This document shows, one piece after another, positions 1 to 7,995 of a stretch of DNA of 32,000 nt (its first letter is position 1; each line of letters begins with the position of its first letter). The DNA lies in assembly GCF_008065095.1 (NCBI RefSeq), contig NZ_CP042911.1:7920001-7952000 (forward strand). Direction: 5' to 3'. The notes beneath the pieces were generated by a model. It searched no databases and was not told the origin of the DNA. It was given only the letters and a program-made list of their open reading frames with translations. Both the position numbers and the translations under genes were made by a program. Source of the DNA: Gemmata obscuriglobus. GTDB lineage: Bacteria; Planctomycetota; Planctomycetia; Gemmatales; Gemmataceae.

Positions 1-1
1 A

Positions 2-328
2 GTGGCCGCGGCGTTTAAAGGTACAGGCCGCCTCCAGAGTACACGTCTGACCCGGGGGCAGTGTCAGGGGGAACTCGCCCGCCAGTTCGGCACACCCTTC
101 CACTTTGCAACACCCCTGTCCCCCAAGAAGTACAAGGTCCGAAGTGCCGTCGTTGGTGACACCGAACCGGGCCACGGCTTCAGCCCCGGCCGACACGCGC
201 CCCAAGTCTATCGACCGATTAACCGTCACCTGATCGCGAACGGACGGCGGTTGGCTGTACCGCGCGTGCGAGTCGCACCCGGCGAGCGCGCCGGCGCCAC
301 ACAAAACCAAAGCTCTCACCATACGCAT
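2..328 (-). CDS. Partial lipoprotein, DUF1573-like; its C-terminus lies beyond the window start
   Basis: Not in the ORF track (runs off the window edge). My own minus-strand translation from ATG 328 gives MRMVRALVLCGAGALAGCDSHARYSQPPSVRDQVTVNRSIDLGRVSAGAEAVARFGVTNDGTSDLVLLGGQGCCKVEGC... It has a lipobox L-A-G-C and a GGAGG 8 nt upstream of the ATG. The hDhGxV..G....F.V.N.G...L pattern recalls DUF1573. The start is 33 nt after the stop of the upstream gene. Confidence 0.45.
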   Translation of the reverse strand, partial: MRMVRALVLCGAGALAGCDSHARYSQPPSVRDQVTVNRSIDLGRVSAGAEAVARFGVTNDGTSDLVLLGGQGCCKVEGCAELAGEFPLTLPPGQTCTLEAACTFKRRGH

Positions 329-361
329 GTCATCGACCTCCGCCCTGGCGGCCGCATCGGG

Positions 362-1378
362 CTACGCGGTTCGCCGCTTCCGGTAAACGGCGGTAGCAGC
401 GAGGCACAGCCCCACGACGCTAAAGGCGGCCAGCCCGATCCAGCCCCAGCGCCAACTGGGAGGTGGGGTGGGAGGTGTTTGGCCGCCGGCTTGGTCATCG
501 CGCGGGGCGCCGATCTCGGGCAACCCGTAGGCGGGCAGGGTGTACGATTCGTCAGGGGTCGGGTCTTGCGAGATCGATTCAATCGTAAACGTTTTAATTA
601 ACTCGCGGGACGGCAGCTTGCTGGTCACCGTCACCCGCTCCCAGGCGAGCGGGGAGGGCTCGGACGCCGCGTACTGGATCTTCGCCTCGTCACTCGCTTT
701 GGGACGGCTGATGACCCGCCGGAGCATGGCCCACCCCCGCCCCGGGTCGTACACCGCTTCGCCCTGGAGGGCGGTGCGGTTGGGGTCCGCCGGCAAGGTG
801 AAATCGAACGTCGCCCGCACGAGTTCGCGATCGTCCTCGCGGACGGTGTCCGCGTGGAGCAGTTTGACGAAGGGCTGATCGAACCACTCGTCCATGCGAA
901 CGCCGGCGTAGAACCGGTGCGGCGCGATCAGCCAGCCGTGCTCCAGTTCGACCCCGTCCCGCATACGGACGGCCTCGGCCTCGCTGACCGCCAAGTTGCT
1001 GAGCGACCAGTTCTTGGTCGTCAACTGGGGCTTCGTGGCGATAAAGGAGTACGTAGGGTTGAAGACGATCGCGGAGTGGGCCGCGCTTTGCTTGTCCGGC
1101 AGCTCCTTCCGGTGAGCCTCGAAGGCGAGCCGGTCCGGCCGCCGGCGCACCGCGACCTCAATGTTGTGGTAGCGCCCGGGCACCTTCGCCTCGCCCGGCT
1201 TCTGCACCTCGTCGGTAACCCGACCGGTCCACGAGCGGCTGGTCGCCGACTCTTCGAGCGCACGCCACGCCGGCCGGCCCTCGACCTTGAGTCGGGTCAA
1301 CGTCGCATCGTCGGCCCCAATCCAACCGGGCGACGTGAGCACGAGAGCCGTCGCCGTACATCGAACCACGAGCCACAT
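362..1378 (-). CDS. Hypothetical exported protein with a C-terminal membrane anchor
   Basis: ORF 362..1429. The start is moved to an internal ATG that gives a signal-like N-terminus (MWLVVRCTATALVLTSPG); 1429 remains an alternative. The C-terminus is a Pro-rich stretch (TPPTPPPS), a hydrophobic helix (WGWIGLAAFSVVGLCLAATAV) and a YRKRR tail. No family recognised. Confidence 0.55.
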   Translation of the reverse strand: MWLVVRCTATALVLTSPGWIGADDATLTRLKVEGRPAWRALEESATSRSWTGRVTDEVQKPGEAKVPGRYHNIEVAVRRRPDRLAFEAHRKELPDKQSAAHSAIVFNPTYSFIATKPQLTTKNWSLSNLAVSEAEAVRMRDGVELEHGWLIAPHRFYAGVRMDEWFDQPFVKLLHADTVREDDRELVRATFDFTLPADPNRTALQGEAVYDPGRGWAMLRRVISRPKASDEAKIQYAASEPSPLAWERVTVTSKLPSRELIKTFTIESISQDPTPDESYTLPAYGLPEIGAPRDDQAGGQTPPTPPPSWRWGWIGLAAFSVVGLCLAATAVYRKRRTA

Positions 1379-2273
1379 GGCCCCCTCCGTCTCGCGCGTG
1401 CGGGTCGGAAATCGCATACAGCCCACCAACCACGTGCGACGCCCGCCGCGCCTGGCGGGACCCGACAGGTCAGAACACGTAAAGCGGACAGTAGCAGAGG
1501 CCGCGCACCATCACACAGCCGACGCACGCCACTGGTGCGCAAGTCCCGGCGTAATCGGTCGAGCGGTTACCAATGCACTCGGCCAGTCGCCCACCACCAC
1601 GAAACAGGGGCGCATGATACTTTGCTGCCGATCAGCCGAATTGGCGTGCCGGCCATGTGCCGGATGGTGACGAACCGCCGGACCGGCTCTCCCTCTCGCA
1701 TGTCGCTCGGGTCGTCCGCAACAGCACCAAGGCTGCGTGCGTGAGTAGCGATTTCCGACTGGATACTGCGGTGGTCATCTGTCACCCGATAGACCGAGCA
1801 AGGGCGCGTACCGGTGACGTGTCTGGCAAATCGGCCTGGCGATCGATCAGCCAGAACGCAATTAAAAATCTGACAATATTTGCACACCGCGGATGCTAAC
1901 GTCACAACAGCGAGCGATCAAGTGAATTCGGCGATATTATTTCCCTGCCCTGGCGCCGGCATTTGCTGCAGAGGATGTGAGGCGCCGGACTGTCACAAAA
2001 GCCATTCCGTCCGCCGCGGCGTGCCGGTCACAAGTCTCTCTTGGCGCCGAAACAGGACACTGGGTTCAAGGCGTGACGTTGCCACGGGGTGCGCGGGTAA
2101 CGACCGGCCTCATAACCACAGCGGTCGATCGTCACTCGCACGGGCCGTGGCAGGGACACGTGAGGGTTGATCGCTTCCAAAAGGCACAGCGATGTTTCGA
2201 CCTTACGATTCATCTTGACCGCCCCGCTATGGCAGCTATGTCCCTGGTAACACAACCGGGGGCGCCGGCGCAC

Positions 2274-2753
2274 ATGAAGGGCCTTTACACACTCATCGCC
2301 GCAACCCTTTTATCAACCGGCTGCTCGATTTTCATCGTCGGCAGCGGCACCGACTTGAACACGTTCGAGACGCGCGAGCAGGTTCACAACTCCTTCGGTC
2401 GGCCGACTGTTAGCGGAGACGGGGAGCAACCGTTCGACGAGTTCCGAACTCACCGCAAGCTGACGGAACAGGAAAAGATCATCTACCGTGTGATGGAGTT
2501 CTGCATCACCCTCGGTCTGAGCGAGGTCGTTACCACCCCGGTGGAACTCTACAGCGCGGCCAAGCAGTGTATTGAGGGCCGGACCGTTCGGTTCAGTTAC
2601 GGCCCGGACGGGCAGGTAATCGGGGTTCTTGTGGACGGCCAACAGCCCATTTTGTCGCGCCACCCGCGACCTCCCAGGCCCGTCGAATCTGGTGGCACGG
2701 GTCCTGTCGTGCCCGCTTCCGGAGGGCAATCTCCGAACGCCGCAACGCCCTGA
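2274..2753 (+). CDS. Hypothetical lipoprotein
   Basis: Internal ATG of ORF 1977..2753 gives MKGLYTLIAATLLSTGC, a signal peptide with lipobox L-S-T-G-C. The tail is Pro/Gly-rich. The part of the ORF upstream of this ATG looks non-coding. Confidence 0.6.
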   Translation: MKGLYTLIAATLLSTGCSIFIVGSGTDLNTFETREQVHNSFGRPTVSGDGEQPFDEFRTHRKLTEQEKIIYRVMEFCITLGLSEVVTTPVELYSAAKQCIEGRTVRFSYGPDGQVIGVLVDGQQPILSRHPRPPRPVESGGTGPVVPASGGQSPNAATP

Positions 2754-2803
2754 AATACGGCGCCCCGCGGTTCAAGTCCGGAAGCCGTCCGGCACAGAAC
2801 CGC

Positions 2804-3181
2804 TCAGCGAGCCGGGTCCGGGTCGCCTACCATCAGGCGGCTGCACCGCACTACGATCCGGACATCCACCCGCTCGAACGCCAGTTCAAGGAACAAGCCC
2901 CCTGGTCTGGACCGAGGATGATCGGCGTACCGTAGCCACGCCAATTCGGAGCGCGCGTGCGGGGCGCCGGCAAAGAACGCCGACACCTCCGAGACGTTCT
3001 CGATCTCGCCGAACCGCACCGGGACGGGGGCCGCGTACCGGCCGGCGCCCCCATCCCAAACCAGCGGCGAAACGGACAGCGTGACCTCTCGCCGCGGCCC
3101 GACCGCGACCGCTTCAACGCGGGCATGGCTGAAGTCGTGAACGAGTAACGGCAACGCGATCGGACGTTTCCGCATTTCCAA
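2804..3181 (-). CDS. Hypothetical protein (125 aa)
   Basis: ORF track. Third-codon positions are about 80% G/C by my manual count, consistent with coding in this genome. No family recognised. Lies 57 nt downstream of the DUF4291 gene on the same strand. Confidence 0.45.
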   Translation of the reverse strand: MEMRKRPIALPLLVHDFSHARVEAVAVGPRREVTLSVSPLVWDGGAGRYAAPVPVRFGEIENVSEVSAFFAGAPHARSELAWLRYADHPRSRPGGLFLELAFERVDVRIVVRCSRLMVGDPDPAR

Positions 3182-3206
3182 ACTGCGCTGAACTGCCGAA
3201 CTGAAG

Positions 3207-3222
3207 CGACAGGTTTCTGTCG
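3207..3222 (-). terminator. Small hairpin downstream of the DUF4291 gene (CGACAG-gttt-CTGTCG)
   Basis: 6-bp perfect stem with a 4-nt loop, read directly. There is no U-tract, so this is weak. Confidence 0.25.
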
Positions 3223-3238
3223 TGAGCCCCGTGCGCTC

Positions 3239-3835
3239 TCACGCGCGAAGCGACAGCCGTCGTCCCAGCTCGCCGCCGACCGGGTACACGCGCTCCGGGG
3301 GAAGGAACCGCCGGGCCTTGTCCGCCCGACCGGATTGCAGCAGAGTGTAGACCTTCCGCACCACCGGCGTGTAGTCTTCGATCCGTGCCACCCAGTCGTC
3401 CGCGTACTCGCGGATCACGTGCCGGCTCAACCCGACCTGAATGCTATCGTACGGCAAACCGGCCCCCCGCAGCGACCGCTCGGGGTCCCATTGGAGGTGA
3501 ACCCGGGCCGTAGCGAACTGCTCCGCCCACGTGTCAGGGTCGGTGAACACCGTGGGCTCGAACGACGTGAGAACTGCTTGCGCCAGGGCGGCTTCCCAAC
3601 CGGACCGCCGCACCCGCACGCACAGCACCCGCTCCTGACCGCGTTTCTGTGCCCAGTTGCTGCGGTGCATCAGCCACAGGAACGACGGCTTGATCCACGT
3701 CATCCGGTGGAACGAGAACGGCGGCACGAACCGCCCCGCGGCCAGCGCCGCGTCGGCGATCGCCGGCGGGTACGCTTGATAGATGGCGATCGTGTCCCGG
3801 TCGTAATCCGCCCGGATCTCGCGCGCTGCGCCCAC
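3239..3835 (-). CDS. DUF4291 domain-containing protein
   Basis: 198-aa ORF. IRADYDRDTIAIYQAY...HRMTWIKPSFLWLMHRSNWAQKRGQERVL matches my memory of the conserved DUF4291 core, and the length is typical. Confidence 0.7.
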   Translation of the reverse strand: MGAAREIRADYDRDTIAIYQAYPPAIADAALAAGRFVPPFSFHRMTWIKPSFLWLMHRSNWAQKRGQERVLCVRVRRSGWEAALAQAVLTSFEPTVFTDPDTWAEQFATARVHLQWDPERSLRGAGLPYDSIQVGLSRHVIREYADDWVARIEDYTPVVRKVYTLLQSGRADKARRFLPPERVYPVGGELGRRLSLRA

Positions 3836-4058
3836 GTCACACTCCGTCTAATAGGCTTCTGGTCTTGAGTGTGGCCCGCTCGCTCCGCGAGCGGTTGCAA
3901 CATCGTGCCCTCGTGCCACGAATGTGGTTCATTTGATGCTCAGAGCACCGCTCGCGGCTCGGGCGGGCCGCACTCAACACCAAAACCTCGAATAGAACCG
4001 TACACCTGGAGCAGGCTACCGACACGGCGGCGTGATCCGCGGTTCGCGCGCCCGGTTG

Positions 4059-4087
4059 TTGACTCGGGGCGCGGCGGCGCGGACAAT
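4059..4087 (+). promoter_or_regulatory. Candidate sigma70-type promoter (TTGACT-17 nt-GACAAT)
   Basis: TTGACT at 4059-4064, a 17-nt spacer, then GACAAT at 4082-4087, about 30 nt upstream of ATG 4118. Applying the E. coli-type consensus to this phylum is an assumption. Confidence 0.25.
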
Positions 4088-4117
4088 CAACTCACCCAAC
4101 GTCTCAGAGCGGCGAAC

Positions 4118-4327
4118 ATGAAGCGACTCCTTGCGGCCGCGCTTGTATCCGCGCTACTCAGCGCGAGCCACGTTCGCGCGGATGTGATCATGCCGCCCCC
4201 GCCCCCACCGCCACCGCCACCGGGCGAGCTGACGGCGCATGTCGTGGCGGGACTCGCCACCGCGGCCGCGCTGGTGTTTGCGGGTGTGTGGCTCGTTCGC
4301 TCGCGTCGGGCGGCACTGCGGGGGTGA
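4118..4327 (+). CDS. 69-aa mini-protein: signal peptide, Pro10 run, TM helix and Arg-rich tail
   Basis: Internal ATG of ORF 3869..4327 gives MKRLLAAALVSALLSASHVRA DVIM PPPPPPPPPP GELTAHVVAGLATAAALVFAGVWLV RSRRAALRG. The stop is 4 nt before the next ATG. Confidence 0.5.
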   Translation: MKRLLAAALVSALLSASHVRADVIMPPPPPPPPPPGELTAHVVAGLATAAALVFAGVWLVRSRRAALRG

Positions 4328-4331
4328 TCCC

Positions 4332-5372
4332 ATGTCCGTATCGGCCCCTGCCTCTCTCCACGCAGGTGCACGGCGAACGAGCGGGCTGGCGTTCGCGGGC
4401 GGGTTCGTCGCCCTCGCGGCCGGTGCGGCGGCGCTGTCCGGCGCGCTGCCGGTCGGGTTCGCGCTGGCGACCGTGTTCCTGTTCGCCGGGCCGCACAACT
4501 GGTTCGAGGCCCGTTACGCCCTCGGGCGGCTCCCGGCCCGGGCCGGGAAGCTCTGGGGCTTCTTCGCGGTCAGCGTGTGCGGCATCGTCGGGCTGACCAC
4601 CGGGTACGCCGCGCTCCCGTTCCTCGTTTCGCCCGCGGACCTGGTGTCCGGTCCCGAACTGTACGCGGTGTGGTGCTCGGCCTTCCTGTTCTGGGTGGCG
4701 TTCCTGGTGTGGATGCGGTCCCGCACGAACCCGCGGTTCGACGGCGGGTGGGTGTGGCCGCTGGCGTTCTTTCTGTGTGCCGGGGCGTGGCTGAGCCCGT
4801 TCGCGCTGCCGATCGCGCTGGTGTACCTCCACCCGCTCATGGCCCTCTGGCTCTTGGACCGCGAACTGGCCCGCTCGCGCCCCCACTGGCGCAAGGCCTT
4901 CCGCGTGGCGGCGCTGTGCGTGCCGCTGTTTCTGGTGGCCCTCTGGTGGTGGCTGAAGGACGCGCCCGGGTTGCCGGGAACGGACCAAGTGACCCTGGCG
5001 TTCGCGCCGACGGCGCTGCGTGCCGACACACTCGCGGACCACTCCGGGGCGTGGGCGCTGCCGGACGTGTCGCCGCACTTCCTGGTCGCCGCGCACACGT
5101 TCCTCGAAATGGTGCATTACGGCGTGTGGGTGCTTCTGATCCCGCTGATCGGCCTGCGCTCCCGCCCGTGGGAGCTGAAGGCCATCCCGGCGGCGCGACG
5201 CAGCCCGACGTGGGCGCGGGGCGTCGCCGCCGTGCTGCTGTTCGGGCTGTCGGCGGTGGTGGCGCTGTGGGTGTGCTTCGGCATCGATTACGAAACGACC
5301 CGCCGCGTGTACTTCACCGTCGCGATGCTGCACGTGCTGGCCGAGGTGCCGTTCCTGCTGCGCATGATCTAG
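4332..5372 (+). CDS. Polytopic membrane protein (about 9-10 TM), family not recognised
   Basis: Internal ATG (MSVSAPASL...) of ORF 4239..5372. Hydrophobic segments run throughout. His-containing motifs are GPHNWFEARY, HTFLEMVHYGVW and MLHVLAEVPF. Confidence 0.65.
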   Translation: MSVSAPASLHAGARRTSGLAFAGGFVALAAGAAALSGALPVGFALATVFLFAGPHNWFEARYALGRLPARAGKLWGFFAVSVCGIVGLTTGYAALPFLVSPADLVSGPELYAVWCSAFLFWVAFLVWMRSRTNPRFDGGWVWPLAFFLCAGAWLSPFALPIALVYLHPLMALWLLDRELARSRPHWRKAFRVAALCVPLFLVALWWWLKDAPGLPGTDQVTLAFAPTALRADTLADHSGAWALPDVSPHFLVAAHTFLEMVHYGVWVLLIPLIGLRSRPWELKAIPAARRSPTWARGVAAVLLFGLSAVVALWVCFGIDYETTRRVYFTVAMLHVLAEVPFLLRMI

Positions 5373-5449
5373 AAGCGGACGGGCTCGCCACATAGGCGCA
5401 TGTGTGCCTGTGGGGCGAGACCTTTCATCCTTCGCAATCGGTTCGCTCG

Positions 5450-5830
5450 ATGCCCTATTTGCAACAGATGCTCGTCGGCTATTGCATCACGGTCGCAGTA
5501 GAAACGGTGGTGCTGCTGCTGTTGCTGTCCCGCCGGCACCCGGTGGGGGCGCGGCTGTTCGCGGGGGCGTGGCTCACCGCCTGCACGTACCCGGTGGTGT
5601 GGCTGGTACTGCCGGGCCTGTTCGGCGCCGACGAGAGGGGGCTGTACCTATTGACCGCCGAGACGTTCGCGCCGGCCGCGGAGTGCGCGATCTTCTGGGC
5701 GGCGTTCGTGCGCCCGCTCCCGCCCGACCGCCGCGCCGCCCTCCGGGACGCGGGCGCGATCGTGCTCGCGAACCTGTGCTCGTTCGGGTTGGGCGAGGCG
5801 CTGATCGCCCTCGGCTGGTTCGGCTGGTGA
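5450..5830 (+). CDS. Small membrane protein (about 4 TM), family not recognised
   Basis: ORF 5402..5830 with the start placed at MPYLQQMLVGYC (5402 is an alternative). Hydrophobic helices carry embedded Glu residues (AVETVV, TAETFAPAAECAIFW, GLGEAL). Confidence 0.5.
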   Translation: MPYLQQMLVGYCITVAVETVVLLLLLSRRHPVGARLFAGAWLTACTYPVVWLVLPGLFGADERGLYLLTAETFAPAAECAIFWAAFVRPLPPDRRAALRDAGAIVLANLCSFGLGEALIALGWFGW

Positions 5831-5836
5831 GCGGCG

Positions 5837-7843
5837 TTATAGGTCGGTACGGTACTGCGCGCCGAAGACGTGCTCGCGGCCGGTGTGCTGCACCCGGATC
5901 AGACGCACCAGCACCGCGTGCCCGGCGGCCGGGCCGACGTTCGGGAACGCGATGTACGCGTACTTCGTCGCGACCGGCACCGGGGTCGCGAACCCGAGCC
6001 CGCCCAAGGACACGTCGCGGCACCGGCCCTCGACCGCCGGGTCCACCCCGCCGTCGCCGTGCAGCGGGTACACCGTCAGCACCCCGCCAGACGCGATCCG
6101 CGGCGTCTTGCGCCGGTCCTGCACGTTGCACAGTTGCCCGCGGATGTCCCCGAGGAGTTCCGGGAGTATGCGCTCGGAGTCCCGGGCGAACTTCGGGTCC
6201 GGGGTGCCGACCAACTGGGCCGTCGTGCCGATCTCCCCGATCGGGCGTCCGGCCGGAGGCAGCGTCACCGTCACCTCGAACCCGAACTTCTTGCCCCCGA
6301 ACAGCCCCCCGCCGCCCACCGTGCGCTTGAGCACCAGCCGCCCGGGGTCAGGCTGCTCGACCGACACGCCCCAGCTCTCGCGCAGCACCGCCAGCTTGAG
6401 CGGCACCACCGACACGGGGACCGTCGTGGGGAACCGGCACTCCCACCCGCCGTCCGGAAGCCGGTTCACGTCGCCGGGCACGTGAGAAACGTACCCGCCG
6501 GCGGCGGCCCCCACCACGGCCGCCGCGAACGTTTGCGGGTCGGGCGGTTGCCCCGTCGGCTCCATGCCGAGCAGCAGCGCGACCGGAATCACCGAAGTGA
6601 TCTGCTCCAGGACCACCAGCCCGGCCTCGAACTCGTCGGCGAACAGCGGCGGTGGAGGCGGCGCCGGCACCGCCGGGTGCGGGGCGCCAACCGGCGCCGG
6701 GCGCCCGTGAACGGTGGGGCTCGCGGTGCCGGGACGGGTCAGCCCCTTCTGGGTGTTCGCCACCAGCGGCGGCAGCCCACCTCGCGGTGCCCCGGGCACG
6801 GTTAGCGACGGCTTGGCCGGGAGCGTGAAGCTCTGCGTGAGGTGGGTCTGACGGCCGCGCCCCGGGTGCGTCGGATCGCTCCGCTCGGCCACCGACGAGT
6901 CGCCGGGGGCGTCGCCCAGGTTCATTTCGGCCACCGAGCGGTCGACCCGCGCCCGGCGCATGAGGACGCTCGCGTTCGGCAGCGCCGTGGCGCTCTCGGC
7001 GCTCATGAGCGCCTGCACGAACGCCAGGCACGAGGGGAACCGGTTCTCAGGTTTCTTCGCCAGCGCCCGCGCGACCGGCTCCTGATCGGCCGGCGGCAGC
7101 ACCGACAGGTTCGGTTGGGCCGACACGTGCTGGAGCATCAACTGCTGCGGGGTGCGCCCGGTGTACGGGAACTCGCCCGTCAGCAGCTCCTGGTACACCA
7201 GAGCGAGGCTGTACTGGTCCGAGGCGCTGCTCGGGGTGCCGTGGAGCACCTCGGGCGCGACGTACCGGGGAGTGAGCCCGCGGTTCCCGGCGTCCGGGCC
7301 TTCGAGCTGCGCCACCAGCCCGTAGTCGCCGACCTTCACGTGCCCGGACACAAGAAATAGGTTCGCGGGCTTCACGTCGAGGTGCTGGAGGCCGAACTTG
7401 GCGGCGATCACGTCGAGCGCCTCAGCGGCATCGGCGAAGTACGCCAGCAGTTCGTCGCGCGGGATGCCCGGCAGCCCGCAGGTGCGGCACTCGCAGAACC
7501 GGTCCTGGAGCTGGCGGTCGGCCAGCTCCATCACCATGATCAGCTCACCGTTGATCTGCTCGACGCGCTCGAGGGTGAGTAGGAACGGGTGCCGAATCGC
7601 CTTGATCTGCTCGAACGCCGCGAGTTCCTGTTCGAACCGCTCGTCGCCGCGCCCGTCTTCGGATTCGGACGTGACGAACTTGACGGCCTTGTGAAGTCCG
7701 CCGGGGGCCTCGCACTTCCACACCTCACCGAACCCGCCGCGGCCGAGCGGCGCGAGCAGCTTGTACCCGGGCAACGGCTCGGTGCCTGCCAGCTTCGTGT
7801 ACGGTCGTGAGGTGCCGCTGTCGGCGGTGGTGACCGGTGGCAT
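5837..7843 (-). CDS. Ser/Thr protein kinase with a C-terminal PilZ domain
   Basis: The N-terminal Hanks kinase has GRGGFGEVWK...AVK, HLDVKPANLF, VGDYGL and YVAPE. A Pro-rich linker and an unrecognised middle domain follow. The last 92 aa carry RRKTPR (RRxxxR) and DVSLGG (DxSxxG). Confidence 0.85.
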   Translation of the reverse strand: MPPVTTADSGTSRPYTKLAGTEPLPGYKLLAPLGRGGFGEVWKCEAPGGLHKAVKFVTSESEDGRGDERFEQELAAFEQIKAIRHPFLLTLERVEQINGELIMVMELADRQLQDRFCECRTCGLPGIPRDELLAYFADAAEALDVIAAKFGLQHLDVKPANLFLVSGHVKVGDYGLVAQLEGPDAGNRGLTPRYVAPEVLHGTPSSASDQYSLALVYQELLTGEFPYTGRTPQQLMLQHVSAQPNLSVLPPADQEPVARALAKKPENRFPSCLAFVQALMSAESATALPNASVLMRRARVDRSVAEMNLGDAPGDSSVAERSDPTHPGRGRQTHLTQSFTLPAKPSLTVPGAPRGGLPPLVANTQKGLTRPGTASPTVHGRPAPVGAPHPAVPAPPPPPLFADEFEAGLVVLEQITSVIPVALLLGMEPTGQPPDPQTFAAAVVGAAAGGYVSHVPGDVNRLPDGGWECRFPTTVPVSVVPLKLAVLRESWGVSVEQPDPGRLVLKRTVGGGGLFGGKKFGFEVTVTLPPAGRPIGEIGTTAQLVGTPDPKFARDSERILPELLGDIRGQLCNVQDRRKTPRIASGGVLTVYPLHGDGGVDPAVEGRCRDVSLGGLGFATPVPVATKYAYIAFPNVGPAAGHAVLVRLIRVQHTGREHVFGAQYRTDL
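5840..6115 (-). other. PilZ (c-di-GMP-binding type) domain within the kinase
   Basis: RRKTPR is encoded at 6098-6115 and DVSLGG at 5999-6016. I verified both codon by codon. They are 27 residues apart, as in canonical PilZ. Confidence 0.7.
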
Positions 7844-7965
7844 GGGGCGTGCCGGGACGAGTATAAGCAGGGCGCCGTCTCAACTGTAGAACGCGAACCG
7901 TCGAAATGTTGGGGAAATGATCTGATTCGGCCGCACAAGAATTTCGGCCCCAGAGGAGGTGTAAA

Positions 7966-7995
7966 GGCCGGGGCAGGAGGCGCGCTGGCCCGGCC
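7966..7995 (-). terminator. GC-rich hairpin directly after the propeller gene stop
   Basis: GGCCGGG (7966-7972) pairs with CCCGGCC (7989-7995). On the minus-strand transcript it is followed by UUUACACC. Confidence 0.4.

Noticed and set aside
1470-1631. Cys-rich stop-to-stop frame on the minus strand: ...RLAECIGNRSTDYAGTCAPVACVGCVMVRGLCYCPLYVF* (seven Cys in the last 36 residues).
   Set aside because: There is no ATG, GTG or TTG upstream of the Cys-rich part; the first canonical start is a GTG that leaves only about 20 aa. I saw no ribosome-binding site and recognised no family. It could be a decayed small-peptide gene, but I cannot support it as a feature.
1567-1905. 112-aa ORF on the minus strand in the long non-coding region.
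   Set aside because: Third-codon-position G/C is only about 50% over the 24 codons I counted, far below a neighbouring gene I counted the same way. No family motif is present.
2766-2782. GGTTCAAGTCC, a tRNA T-loop-like motif just after the lipoprotein stop.
   Set aside because: The flanking bases (CGCGG / CCGGA) do not form a 5-bp T-stem, and no acceptor or anticodon arms can be drawn. This is not a tRNA or tmRNA.
4188-5393. Long antisense or out-of-frame ORFs in the track. Examples are 4188..5393(-), 5404..6330(+), 5870..6805(+), 8859..10100(+), 12161..13753(+), 13674..15614(-), 15533..16756(+), 17969..20059(+), 22553..24004(+), 24607..26733(+), 25643..26887(-) and 28019..29287(-).
   Set aside because: Their translations are Arg/Pro/Gly/Ala-rich low-complexity strings (RRRR, PGRP and similar). 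They fully overlap genes with clear family signatures on the other strand or frame. These are typical shadow ORFs of high-GC DNA.
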